Assembly: GCA_964016885.1 (NCBI GenBank)
Contig: OZ024753.1
Coordinates: 2,976,001-3,040,000, forward strand
Direction: 5' to 3'
DNA: 64,000 nt
From: Eledone cirrhosa
Lineage: Eukaryota
Shown here: in pieces, positions 13,081-27,735 of the stretch
Layout: each line of letters begins with the position of its first letter
How positions within the stretch are numbered: the first letter of the stretch is position 1
Notes under the pieces: model-generated
What the model saw: only the letters and a program-made list of their open reading frames with translations
What the model was told of the DNA's origin: nothing
Databases searched by the model: none
Made by a program: the position numbers and the translations under genes

Positions 13081-13539
13081 TGTTTTAAGCCTGGTGGAGC
13101 CCATCACCTCTCCATGCATGAGCAAAGTTGATTTCTTCCAGAAAAGGAGTGAGTGTGTGCTAGAGAGGAAGTGAGAAAGAGATACAGAGAAACAATCAAC
13201 CCTAATAATGGACAGGTAGACTTGATTGACTTCAAAAAGACAACAGGAAAAGTTGACCTCGGTGATATCTCAGATTGCAAAGAGTTAGAATGACTATCAC
13301 AGTACAGTCTATTATCCTACATTCTAACAACTCTGCATGAGAACCTTGATAGAGGAAAAATCAAAAAGCTGTGAGGTGTATACCTTTCTATTTCCCTCAA
13401 ATACATTAACCAAATCATCTACTTCATGCAATTTACATAAGCTCCTAGCAAATGAAGTCTATGGCCAGGGTTTAACCTGTTTGATACAAAACCACTTGGA
13501 ACTTCCCATGGGTCTATGATACAACTCTCTTTAATGTAC

Positions 13540-13815
13540 AAGCATGCATGCCTGTCCCCATGTGCTGCAAGTAGCACTTTGAGCCAGGGCTTATCTCAGT
13601 TTCATGGTGTGAAGCAACAGAGTACAAGACTCCCTCCTGGACAGGACACCAGTTAACCCCCAGCTATAGCTGGTACTCATTTTCAGCTGAGTATACTGGA
13701 GTGACGTGAAATGAAGTGTTTAGCTCAAGAACACAACAGTCAACCCAGCCCAGTAACCGAACCCACGACATTATGATCGTAAGTCCAACACCGTTACCAC
13801 TAGGCCATGTGCCTT
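13540..13815 (-). mobile_element. tRNA-derived CORE-like SINE (family S3) with target-site duplication
   Basis: Minus strand has the GGCACATGGCCTAGTGG head and a TTCTTGAGCTAAACACTT core. Flanked by direct repeat TTTAATGTAC (13530-13539, 13816-13825). Confidence 0.8.
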
Positions 13816-14798
13816 TTTAATGTACTTATCTAAAATCCTTCTATAATATGTAAGAACATTTCTTAAGTTATATTCCAAACACTAATGTAATAGTGAGAAA
13901 GTTTGTTATATTCCAAAATTTCTTCAAATTCTTGGTTACTTTCAAAATTATTTTTTTTTTAAATAGGCAATGTCTTTCTTTAGAAATATGGTAACAAATG
14001 GTTTAATTCCTAGTTGTAATTATTTCCTCTAACTAATGTGCGTCTGGGAAAAACCATAAACGTCACAATTATCATATCACATAAAAAATTTTAATTCAAG
14101 CTTAGCTTGAGAATACACATAGTACATTACACCAGTATAACATTTTTAACAGAAGTAGCTGAGTATACAAATAAATATATTTAAAATATAGCAACAAAAC
14201 ATTAATTCAAAAACTGATCTGACTCCTCTTTTTATGAATCTATTTCCAAAGTGATTATCTATTTAACTTTTTTCCTGAACTAATTACATATAATGAGACT
14301 ACTTTTACAATGTTGTTCAACTCTTTTCACAAATATAATAGGAGAGATTTGATAAAGAGCAATGGTGAATTAAAGATAGCATCATGTAAGGAAGTTAGAG
14401 ACAGTAATGATAATAGAAATCAAACGAAGATTACTAGAATTTTCATCCTTGCAACTTGTCACGAAATGTGAAGATTAGCTATACATGTTTAGAACTCTCC
14501 TACCACAGACAAAGAGGCATAATATCAAGAAAAAGAAAGGGTTTATGTGTTTTTTGTATACATGTAATGAGATAATTCACATCAGGTGATCGTGACTTGA
14601 TCTGCATTTTGGCTTGGTTTCTACGGATGGATGCCCTTCCTAACACCATATATATATATATATATATATCATCATCATCATCATCATCGTTTTACATTCG
14701 TTCTTCCACGCTAGCATGGGTTAGACGGGTTGTCCTGTTGTGCGCAGTGTCCGGTTGGCTGACCTTGTCTTGCTCATACAGGAACTGATTCTGGCTTT

Positions 14799-14952
<154 letters not shown>

Positions 14953-17354
14953 ATTTACCCCAGTATTGGACTGCTATCTTTTTATAGTCCTCAAAAGGTG
15001 GAATTTGAAATGAGAACATGCAAAGAGCTGGAAAGAGTAGAGCAAAGCATTCTATCTTATATTCTAATGATGTTACCCATTCATCACCTCCTACATATAT
15101 TTTACTATTTATAATGGCTAGCAGTTCAATGATTCTTCATGAAACTATGGGTTTTATTTGGATAAATACAATAGAACGTAACTATAGTATCATTAGATGA
15201 AGATAATGAACTTCAACTTGATGATTAAGATATGATAGAGACTTGGCTGTGATACTGTCCTGCTACAAAACAGCAGATGTGTATTTTATTAAAAGCCGAT
15301 ATATAATGGTCATATCTAAAAGTGTCTTTAATGGTGAAACTTGAAGAAAAAGATTTTAGCAGTGTAAGATTCAAGATAATGTTATTATTCCATCTCCAGA
15401 CCCCTGCCAAGAAAAGCAACACAAAAATTGATAATTGCTGAAAGGATCATATTCATATCACTTCAAAATCTAACAATTTATTCAAGATTACTTGAGTCAG
15501 CTCGGTTGTCATGAATTTGATAAAACTGAAACTAGAGGACAGAGTGAAGATGATATGATTCAATTGAGAAACATATATGATCTAAAATTATTTGAGCAAC
15601 GTATGAAAACATTAGAATATCTTAAATCACGTTATCTGAAGTTTCATGCATGCATTAAATTCATTCAACACTTTAATATGGTTTCTAAATTTTAGATGAC
15701 TGAAGCAAAACAAAAAATAACAAAAAAACAATGATGATAATAATAAAGTGTAAAAGTGGATTTGATGATATCACTGTCACATAATGTATACATTTGTGTT
15801 TAAAAATATTGCTTTTGTGCATATAAGCATGCAGCAATAAAATGAACTGCATTTAGTAAAAACAAGTTTTAAATATTTAAAAAAAAAATCTGTTCTAGAC
15901 ATCTTCATCATCATTTCCTATCTGCCTTCCATAATGGCATGGGTTGAGCTGGGTGTCATAGAATGAGAATTGAGAATGGACATGTCAGAGCAATCTCACC
16001 TTGCTCATATATTCCATATTCAGTAGGGTTTCTATGGCTTGGTGCTATTTCCTAACACAAACCATCTTAGTAAATTATATCATGGTACCAGTACTATCAC
16101 TTTACAGAGTATACCGGATTCAGGATTTTCACAGTATTGAGTATACTGGATGCATTTCATTGAGGCACCAGCATTAGTGAGGTTGTCATATTCACATCCA
16201 GACTGAAGAGTTTTCACTAACTTATATTGTCTCTGTTTTAATAACCAGCTACGTTATAGTGTTTACTTCTATCATAGCACTAACATTGTCTTGGTATGTT
16301 GTCTTTACAAGTTGGGAGGAGTGAGTGTCAATCCTCTGTGTGCACAGGGCCATCTCTACTTCTTGTAGACTCCAATGTCTTGTTATATTCACTGTCAGTG
16401 TTACAGTATTTGTAATGGTGGCTCTTTTTGTAACACAGCAAATCAATAATCAACACACAATACATAAATGTACAAAAAACAAACAAAAAAAGGAATTTAA
16501 CAAAATTTAAAATGGAGGTTTTGCAAATACTATAAAGTTCAATGTAATGCTCAACAATGTTAATGATGCAAATTGACACTAACAGTCAGGTAATAGTAAA
16601 TACCTCAAAATACTAGATTGATTTGAATAAACAAAAATTAAGAAAGTGTAATTTCAAACTAAAATAATTTATTTTGATGGATCACTCATCGGAATTTGAT
16701 GAAAGTTTGACACCTTAATGGAAATTGATAAGAGCATAGAAGCTGTGAATGTCATTTTTCCTAAGTGTAAATACAAATCTTGGGGTTTTTTTTAAATTCA
16801 TGATATTAAAGCTTTAGGGAAATTTTGTGAGATTAAGAGGCTTTAAGGATAATATTCTTCTCCAAAAAAAATACCAGCTCATTTTATTCTGAAGCCAGAC
16901 CATTACTAATGCACATTAAACCATTCATTGTGTAGCTGACATAGTCATAGTGCAGCTGAAGAAACTAATTACTGGAGGCTTTTCAGAAAAAAAGTTCTTT
17001 CTAGAAGTAAATTAGCTTCTCTTTTAATAGTCATACATAAAACAGTTTTAGTTCTCAGAGTATGTGGCAATGGTGTAAACGAAAAAATATGTTCTGATTC
17101 ATTTCCAACTTCAAATATTAAATTGATATTTCATTCTATTTCTAGCATGATTTACTTTGCTGAATCTTAAAAAGGGATATATAATCATCATCAACGTCAT
17201 CATGTTGTCCACTTTCCACATTGGCATGGGTTAGATAGGTTGTCATTGTCTGAGGAAATTAGGTGGGTTGGGACAACCTATTTTGCTTATTATGAAATGT
17301 GTTCTAAAGCAAGAGACATAACAACCATATCATCATCATCATCATCGTTTAACT

Positions 17355-17840
17355 TATATACTCGTATATAAGCAGAGAAATATATGATAAATAAAATCGA
17401 TGGTAAAATGGGGTCAGCTTATATTCAAGGTCTATATTTTGCCAATTTTCACCTATTTCAAAATTCTATGTAAATCAGGTGCTGAAATATTTTCACTTTA
17501 GAAGTTAATAATTTTACTTCAGAGGTGAAAATTACACTGGTTTTACTTTTGATGTGAAATTCAAATTTCCTATTCCTTTGGTGTTTTGAAGGAATAGGGC
17601 CTTCAAAATCATCAGAAATTGGTGAAAAATCATTGCATAATGGAGATGTGAAACAAACTATATCCTAAACATCATTTAATACATTTTAAATATCAAACTA
17701 TCAAAACTTCATAAATATATTCTCCACTCATGAGAATTTCAAAACTGTGCTGATTACCTGCCTCAGCTTATTGATGTTTGGACATTCCCCTGTTTCTCAG
17801 ACATAAAATAAGAGGTTGGCTTAAATTCGAGTATATACGG
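17355..17840. mobile_element. Tc1/mariner-pogo-type MITE
   Basis: Left TATATACTCGTATATAAGC and right GCTTAAATTCGAGTATATACGG|TA inverted termini. Confidence 0.6.
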
Positions 17841-18256
17841 TACGTAAATAACGAAAATATGTCTTTAAAAATGAACAGTTCTTCTATGTGCATTTAATAG
17901 AGTCAGTGCTCTATTTTAGAAAAGAATTGATTATGTAATTATCAATAAAATTGATAAATTTAATGTTTATCAAGTTGAAATATTGATGCTAAAACCGTTC
18001 AAAATCTACACATAAAGCGAGATAAGATCATGAAAAAACGTTTTGAAATATCAGGCTTGATGATGAATTGAGCTGTCTCAGCTAGAGATCAATTAACTGG
18101 TTTTTTTAAAGATGGCTTTGCATTTAAGACATTTTCTTTGGGCCCACATACTTTGGGATTCAGTCCCAATAACACCATGAGCCAGACTTATCAATATTTT
18201 GTGCATGAATATTTTAGATAGAAATATTAAGGACACCAATCATATATCATTATCTC

Positions 18257-18441
18257 GGTGGATTGGCAGTATCGGTAGAGGGTCGGACGCCATGCTTTCC
18301 AGCATAGTTACGTCCCTTTACGATCTGAGTTCAAATCCCACCGAGGTTGACTTTGCTTTTCATCCTTACGGGGTCGATAAAATAAAGTACCAGTAATGCA
18401 CTGGGTTATTGCTAGCCTTGTGCCTAAAGTAGAAACAATTA
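18257..18441 (+). mobile_element. Nin-domain SINE (family S2)
   Basis: Full head, B-box and TTTCATCCTTACGGGGTCGATAAAATAAAGTACCAG block. Confidence 0.85.
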
Positions 18442-19653
<1,212 letters not shown>

Positions 19654-19674
19654 TATATATATAAATATACATAC

Positions 19675-19718
<44 letters not shown>

Positions 19719-20874
19719 GTATATATATATATACATATGTAAACATATATATACACATACATATACATACATATCATATACATACATATCATATATATAT
19801 ATATACATATATACATATATATATATACATATATATATATATACATATATATATACATATATATATACATATATATATATATACATATATATATACATAT
19901 ATATATATATACATATATATATACATATATATATATATACATATATATATACATATATATATACATATATATATACATATATATATACATATATATATAC
20001 ATATATATATACATATATATATACATATATATATACATATATATATACATATATACATACATATATATATACATATATATATACATATATATATACATAT
20101 ATATATACATATATATATACATATATATATACATATATACATACATATATATATACATATATATATACATATATATATACATATATATATACATATATAT
20201 ATACATATATATATACATATATATATACATATATACATACATATATATATACATATATATATACATATATATATACATATATATATACATATATATATAC
20301 ATATATACATACATATATATATACATATATATATACATATATACATATATATACATATATACATATATACATATATACATATATATATACATATATATAT
20401 ACATATATATATACATATATACATACATATATATATACATATATACATATATATACATATATACATATATACATATATACATATATATATACATATATAT
20501 ATACATACATATATATATACATATATATATACATATATATATACATATATATATACATATATATATACATATATATATACATATATATATACATATATAT
20601 ATACATATATATATACATATATATATACATATATATATACATATATATATACATATATATATACATATATATATACATATATATATACATATATATATAC
20701 ATATATATATACATATATATACATATATATATATATACATATATATATACATATATATATACATATATATATACATATATATATATATACATACATATAT
20801 ATATACATATATATATACATATATATATACATATATATATACATATATATATACATATATATACATATATATAC

Positions 20875-20905
<31 letters not shown>

Positions 20906-20920
20906 CATATATATATATAC

Positions 20921-20983
<63 letters not shown>

Positions 20984-21032
20984 CATATATATATACATAT
21001 ATATATACATATATATATACATATATATATAC

Positions 21033-21063
<31 letters not shown>

Positions 21064-21224
21064 CATATACATATATATACATATATATATACATACATAT
21101 ATATATACATATATATATACATATATATATACATATATATATACATATATATATACATATATATATACATATATATATACATACATATATATATATATAC
21201 ATATATATATATACATATATATAC

Positions 21225-21287
<63 letters not shown>

Positions 21288-21300
21288 CATATATATATAC

Positions 21301-21331
<31 letters not shown>

Positions 21332-21470
21332 CATATATACATATATATATATATAAATATATATATATATACATATATATACATATATATATATACATAT
21401 ACATATATATACATATACATATATATATATATACATATACATATATATATATACATATATATATATATAG

Positions 21471-21559
<89 letters not shown>

Positions 21560-21614
21560 CATATATATACATATATATACATATATATACATATATATAT
21601 ACATATATATATAC

Positions 21615-21681
<67 letters not shown>

Positions 21682-21690
21682 CATATATAC

Positions 21691-21777
<87 letters not shown>

Positions 21778-21785
21778 CATACAAA
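19654..21785. repeat. ~2.1 kb interrupted (TA)n tract with dominant (ACATATATAT)n period
   Basis: Directly visible. Source of the 660-755 aa spurious ORFs. Confidence 0.97.
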
Positions 21786-21788
21786 CAT

Positions 21789-22218
21789 ATTATTGCTGTA
21801 GTGGAGTCTGTGCTGCTGTATGGGTCTGTGACTTGGACATTGACCAAGAAACTCACTCAGATGGTGGATGGGTGCTACACAAGAATGCTGAGGATGGCTC
21901 TGAGCATTACTATACACTTAGGATGAAAAGCTCAGAGCTGTATGGGAGCCTCCCAAAAGTCAGCACCAAAAGTGACATAGAGGAGAATGAGGTTAGCTGG
22001 ACATGCTCACCGACATCCAGAGTTGACACTGCACTCAGTGCTCCTGTGGGAGCCCCTGCATGAACACACTGGAAGAGGAAGACCAAGGTTAACATATGTT
22101 GATTCCCTAAGGACAAACACTGGTCTGTTGGAGACGGAGGACATGGTAGTGATAATGAGAGACAGAGACCGCTGGAGAGAACTCGTCCATGGATCTCGGG
22201 AATTTTACCCGCCCTAGA
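21789..22218 (+). mobile_element. RTE-clade LINE 3' fragment (family R1)
   Basis: [16 protein letters not shown]...[12 protein letters not shown], then RLAGHAHRH...GRGRPRLTYVD...DRDRWRELV. Frameshifted. Second copy at 35239-35586. Confidence 0.85.
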
Positions 22219-22230
22219 TATATATATATA

Positions 22231-22808
22231 ATTGAATTGAGAGAGAGACTGAGCATAAGAGGAATCAAATGCTGTGTGCAGGAGAGGCGGTTGCATTGGT
22301 ATGGAAATATGATGCGTATGAAGGATGACAGCTGCATAAAAAGGTGCAGAGCACTAGAAGTCAATGGAAACCACGGAGTGGGGAGACCCAAGAAGACCTG
22401 GGATGAGGTGATAAAAGCCGACCTTACCCAATTACACCTCTCAAAGGTGATGACACACAACCATGACCTCAGGCGTCACGCAGTAATACAAAGTACCCGA
22501 CCTCCAATGGGTACAAGCTGAAGCATATAGACAATATGCCCTACACCCTCCCACTGCAAAGTGGTCGTGGGGGTACCACGGCAAAAAAGCACCCAGCCCA
22601 CACTGTAAAGTGGACGTGTAGGCGCCACGGAAAAAAGCACCCAGCACTCACTGTAAATGAGGTTGATGTTAGGAAGGGCACCCTGCTGTAGAAATCAAGC
22701 CAAAATCAGTTCCTGTATGAGCAAAGCATGGTCAGCCGACCAGACACTGCCCACAACAGGACAACCCGTCTAACCCATGCTAGCATGGAAGAACGGACGT
22801 AAAACGGT
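22231..22808 (+). mobile_element. RTE-clade LINE 3' end with 3' UTR (family R2)
   Basis: LRERLSIRGI...RRLHWYGNMMR...GRPKKTWDEVIKADL, with stop at 22521. The downstream sequence matches the SINE S1 tail. Confidence 0.85.
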
Positions 22809-23344
22809 ATTAATAAATGTGAAGACTAAAATCCAAAGATTATAATAAATATATATATATATACACACATTGGCGAACTGGGTATAACAATATTGGTAGC
22901 CAGAAGAAGGGGCCCACCCACATATAGAGTGCTATCATTTAATTTTTATAACGAATAAACAACATTTTCAAAAAATACATAAACTGGAAACAAAAAAGTG
23001 CAATCAAATTTCTGCAGAAAAAAGGGTATACAATTTTTTTTTTTTTTTTACTAATTATAGTGTTTACATACATATTACTGGCAGTATACAGCAATACCAA
23101 ATGTAAATATAGAATATTGTAATTGACTTTTTGAATAATTGTTATTTGAAAAGTTTAAACCAAACTGAAAATAAATTGCTATAAATCTATGACTATGTTT
23201 TCTTATAAAAATCACGGCAATGCAGTTAATACCACAACTTCCTACAGATACATTATTTCTTTATTTGCTCTCCTACTGAAACTTTTTACACCCAGAGAAA
23301 TTTAAGGAACTGATGTTGCTAAGTCATCAAATTTAAAATAAATA

Positions 23345-24182
<838 letters not shown>

Positions 24183-24512
24183 ACATGGCTTAGTGGTTAG
24201 AGCATTGGCCTTGCAATTGAAAGGTTGTGAGTTCAATTCTCAGACTGGGTGTTGTGTTTCCTTGAGCAAGACACTTTATTTCACATTGCTCCAGTTTTCT
24301 CAGCTGTAGAAATGAGATGATAGGGACTGGGATCCCTATCATTCCACTGCAAAGTGGTCGTGGAGGTGCCACGGCAAAAAAGCACCCAGCACTCACTGTA
24401 AATGAGGTTGGTATTAGGAATGGCATCCAGCTGTAGAAATTAAGCCAGAATCAGTTCCCGTCCCACCCTTGCAAGCAGGGAAAAGCGGACGTAAAATGAT
24501 GATGATGATGAT
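24183..24512 (+). mobile_element. SINE family S1 (short form)
   Basis: A/B boxes, CCTTGAGCAAGACACTT core and (GAT)n tail. Confidence 0.88.
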
Positions 24513-24794
24513 GGTGGACAGGCTAGATTGCCAGGTTGCCCGATGGCAAAATTGCTTTATTTATTTTTTTTTTATTATTGTTCTACATTGTGCTGAATAG
24601 GACCTGTCCCACCCTTGCAAACAGGGAAAGCGGACATAAAATGATGATGATAATGATCTTAGACTTCAGATATTTTTTTTAACACAAAGCATTGTATCAG
24701 AAATATTACGGCGGGTCCCTGTAATACTACCGTGGACCCCCTCCCCGTCCCACTTGCCATAGGGCAATCTGGCAACCTAGCCAGTCCATCACTG
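24512..24794. mobile_element. hAT-like MITE (same family as 9629-9774), interrupted by an S1 tail fragment
   Basis: TGGTGGACAGGCTAGATTGCCAGGTTGCCC ... GGGCAATCTGGCAACCTAGCCAGTCCATCACTG. Confidence 0.65.
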
Positions 24795-24869
24795 TATATA
24801 TATATATGTACATACATACATACACATACATATTTATATGTGTGTGTGTGTAAATTTCTTGAAGAAAAT

Positions 24870-25905
24870 GTTAACTGATATTCAAATTGATATTCTATAT
24901 AAAAGACTAAAGTTTGACCTAACCCATAAAAATCTAATGTATCAGAACTTAAGAATGATATCACAGCATTTTACTATAAACTAAGGTAAGCTGAACACAT
25001 TTATGAAAAAGATAAAATTGATGATGAATCAATAGTCCAAAGAAATGAAGCACTGGATAATCTTTGTGGTTACTTATCTACTTCTTTCAATTGATATTGT
25101 ACAAAAGAAGAATATAAAACAAAATTTCTCAAAACTAGAATAGGCAAATTTCAAAGAGATTTAACAAGACACTGATATTATAATTAAGGAAGCTGACAAA
25201 GGAAGCGCAGTTATAGTTATGAAATCTTCTAACTATACAAAACTTGTTAAAACCAGGCTAGAAGATAATGGCTATTGTGAAATGACAAAGCAAAGTAAAA
25301 ATACGAAAATAATGAGAAAACTGAGAACATTATTAAATCTGTATTGATGATGCTGGACAGACAAATAAATTGTTAGGGCTTACCGAAGGTCCATGAAAAT
25401 AAACAAAGAAACGGGGCCATACTAAAAGTCTAAATCGAAATATACTGACTTACTTTCACCACAAAAAATTGAGACGTATTGACACTGGCCCAGCATGTGA
25501 AACACATAGAGTTAACAATTTCTTGAATATTCTATTAAAGCCTTTTTAAAAATATCTACCAAGCTCAATTATTTACCAGTCCACACTATAAAGTGGTTGT
25601 GTAGGTGTCATGACAAAAAGCACCCAGCACTCGCTGTAAATGACATTGGTGCTAGGAAAGGTATCCGGCTGTAGAAACCAAGCCAAAATAGGTTCTGTAC
25701 AAGTAAGACATAGTCACCTAACCTGGCATTGCTCACAGCAGGATGACTCCATCTAACCCATGCCAGCGTGCAAAAATAGACATTAAATGGAGATGATGAT
25801 GATGAAAGAGTAAATCAAGGCATAACAGTTATTTTCACATTGATGTAGTTAGTCTATACACTAATATCCCATACAATTATGGTATAGAGACTATTCTGTA
25901 TTGGG
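24870..25905 (+). pseudogene. Decayed Penelope-like element reverse transcriptase (N-terminus to motif A), interrupted by a SINE/RTE tail at ~25580-25803
   Basis: IIKEADKGSAVIVM (DKG at 25195-25203), GLPKVH (25377), GPACETHRVNNFLNILLKPF and DVVSLYTNIP (25842) occur in PLE order, with stops and frameshifts. Confidence 0.85.
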
Positions 25906-26298
25906 ACACCATGTTGTATAATGGACATAAAAATGATGATGATGAACAGAACTAACAGTAATATAAGCTCACACCGTAACTAATTAAACAGTTTACTACT
26001 CTTTGGCAAAATAACTTCTACTACAAATGTTTATTTTATATGCATAACGTTTTTGATATTAACCTCTTCTGAGATGGCCCATAGTTTTATGACAGAAAAT
26101 AATGATTCTTGCTTTAAAGTCTTCACTTTTAATCATGACCATCTCTGGACAGTAGATTGACAATATTGGTAGAGCATCGGACAAAATGGTTGCAGTATTT
26201 AGTTACGACACCCTACATTCTGAATTCAAATCCTACAGAGGTCAACTTTCCATTATATCCTTCTGGAGTCAATGAAATAAAGTATTAGTTTAGTAATG

Positions 26299-26505
26299 CA
26301 GACCTGCCAACCTCTAAAAACCCAAACAGCAAGTACCATGGATAAAAAGTGCCACAGAATGGGAAAAAATGAAGCAAAATGGGAAGATTTAACATAATGA
26401 AAACTATACCCATTTTCACAAGAGAAAAACATCTCTCAACATCTCTCAACCACCCCAAAGTGGGTGGGAAATCTCCCTGTCAAATGAGCAGAGTTGACAG
26501 GTTTG
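26299..26505. mobile_element. hAT-like MITE nested in a degenerate S2 SINE
   Basis: Termini CAGACCTGCCAAC and GTTGACAGGTTTG. SINE sequence resumes at GTACTGGGGTTGATTTAATTGA. No clear TSD. Confidence 0.55.
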
Positions 26506-26567
26506 GTACTGGGGTTGATTTAATTGATTTTTCTCTTCCACCAAAATTATTGTTCTATATTAGAAAG

Positions 26568-26645
26568 AATTACAACCTGTTATAATTTTATGCTAGCAAT
26601 TTTATTAATTACAACCTGTTATAATTTTATGCTAGCAATTTTATT
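26568..26645. repeat. Perfect 39-bp tandem duplication
   Basis: AATTACAACCTGTTATAATTTTATGCTAGCAATTTTATT twice. Confidence 0.95.
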
Positions 26646-27672
26646 AATCTCAAATTCTTGAATATTTTCAAACTGAAATGAAATATAGATTCTGTATTTC
26701 ATTAAAACTCATGTCAGAAATATTTTAAGCTGTAGAAGAAATAAGCTCTGCTGAATAATCATTGTAAACTAGCATATACCTTTCAGATATTCACATCTTT
26801 CTTTCCTTTAGACCAGACAGACAAATTAAATTATGATTTCAAAGATTTTCTGCTTGTTTATTTTACATTTTGGAAAATTGAATGAAGATTAGCACTAAAT
26901 TGTATTTTCATTTATTACTGTCAGATTTTAGAAAGATTTTGAGCAGAAAAATATATGCAATTATATTTTTTTACAGTCAAAGTTTTTCGAATTATTAATT
27001 TAGTATTCACTTGTTTGTACTTAGATATGTAAACAAGTTCAAGTTTATCAGTTTCATTATCACACACATAGAAGCACAATGGTTTGGCAGAATTGTCAGA
27101 GCATCAGACAAAATGCTTTTTAGTATTTAGTTATGTCTTTTTACATTCTGATTTCAAACTTTTCTTTTTATTTTTCAAGGTTCAATAACAAAGTATCAGA
27201 ATGTAGGGTATCATAACTAAATACTGCAACCATTTTGTCCGACACTCTACCAATATTGTCAATCTACTGTCCAGAGATGGTCATCATTAAAAGTGAAGAC
27301 TTTAAAGCAAGCATCAGTATTTTCTGTCATACATGTGTGTGTATGTGTATGTGTGTACATAGATATATAAATATATATATGTAGGTGTCACAACAGCACA
27401 CACTGTAAATGTGGTTCGGTGTTAGGAAGGGCATCCAGCCGTGGAAAACCAGCCAGAAAATCTCCCTATATGAGCGAGACATGGTCTAACTTGCCTATAT
27501 ATGGGACAAACCCGTCTAACCCACGCTAGCGTGGAAGATAGACGTCAATCGATGATGATGATGATGATATATACATATATATAGTTACTTCCACAACAAA
27601 TTAGCAAACCATACTTGAGGACATGTGTTTCACTGAACTGATTTTCAACCTGTTTATGGGAGACTGGATTCT

Positions 27673-27735
<63 letters not shown>

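Larger units (their letters stand above)
26088..27331. repeat. Local inverted duplication: arms 26088-26223 and 27196-27331
   Basis: 136-bp arms are reverse complements with scattered substitutions. Confidence 0.9.

Noticed and set aside
17580-17622. Minus-strand CTGATGA followed by a 9-bp hairpin
   Set aside because: No GAAA follows the hairpin and there is no stem I partner. It lies inside a DNA-transposon MITE.
24183-24260. tRNA-like sequence as a real tRNA gene
   Set aside because: It continues into the SINE body, is present in several diverged copies, and lacks a clean acceptor stem.
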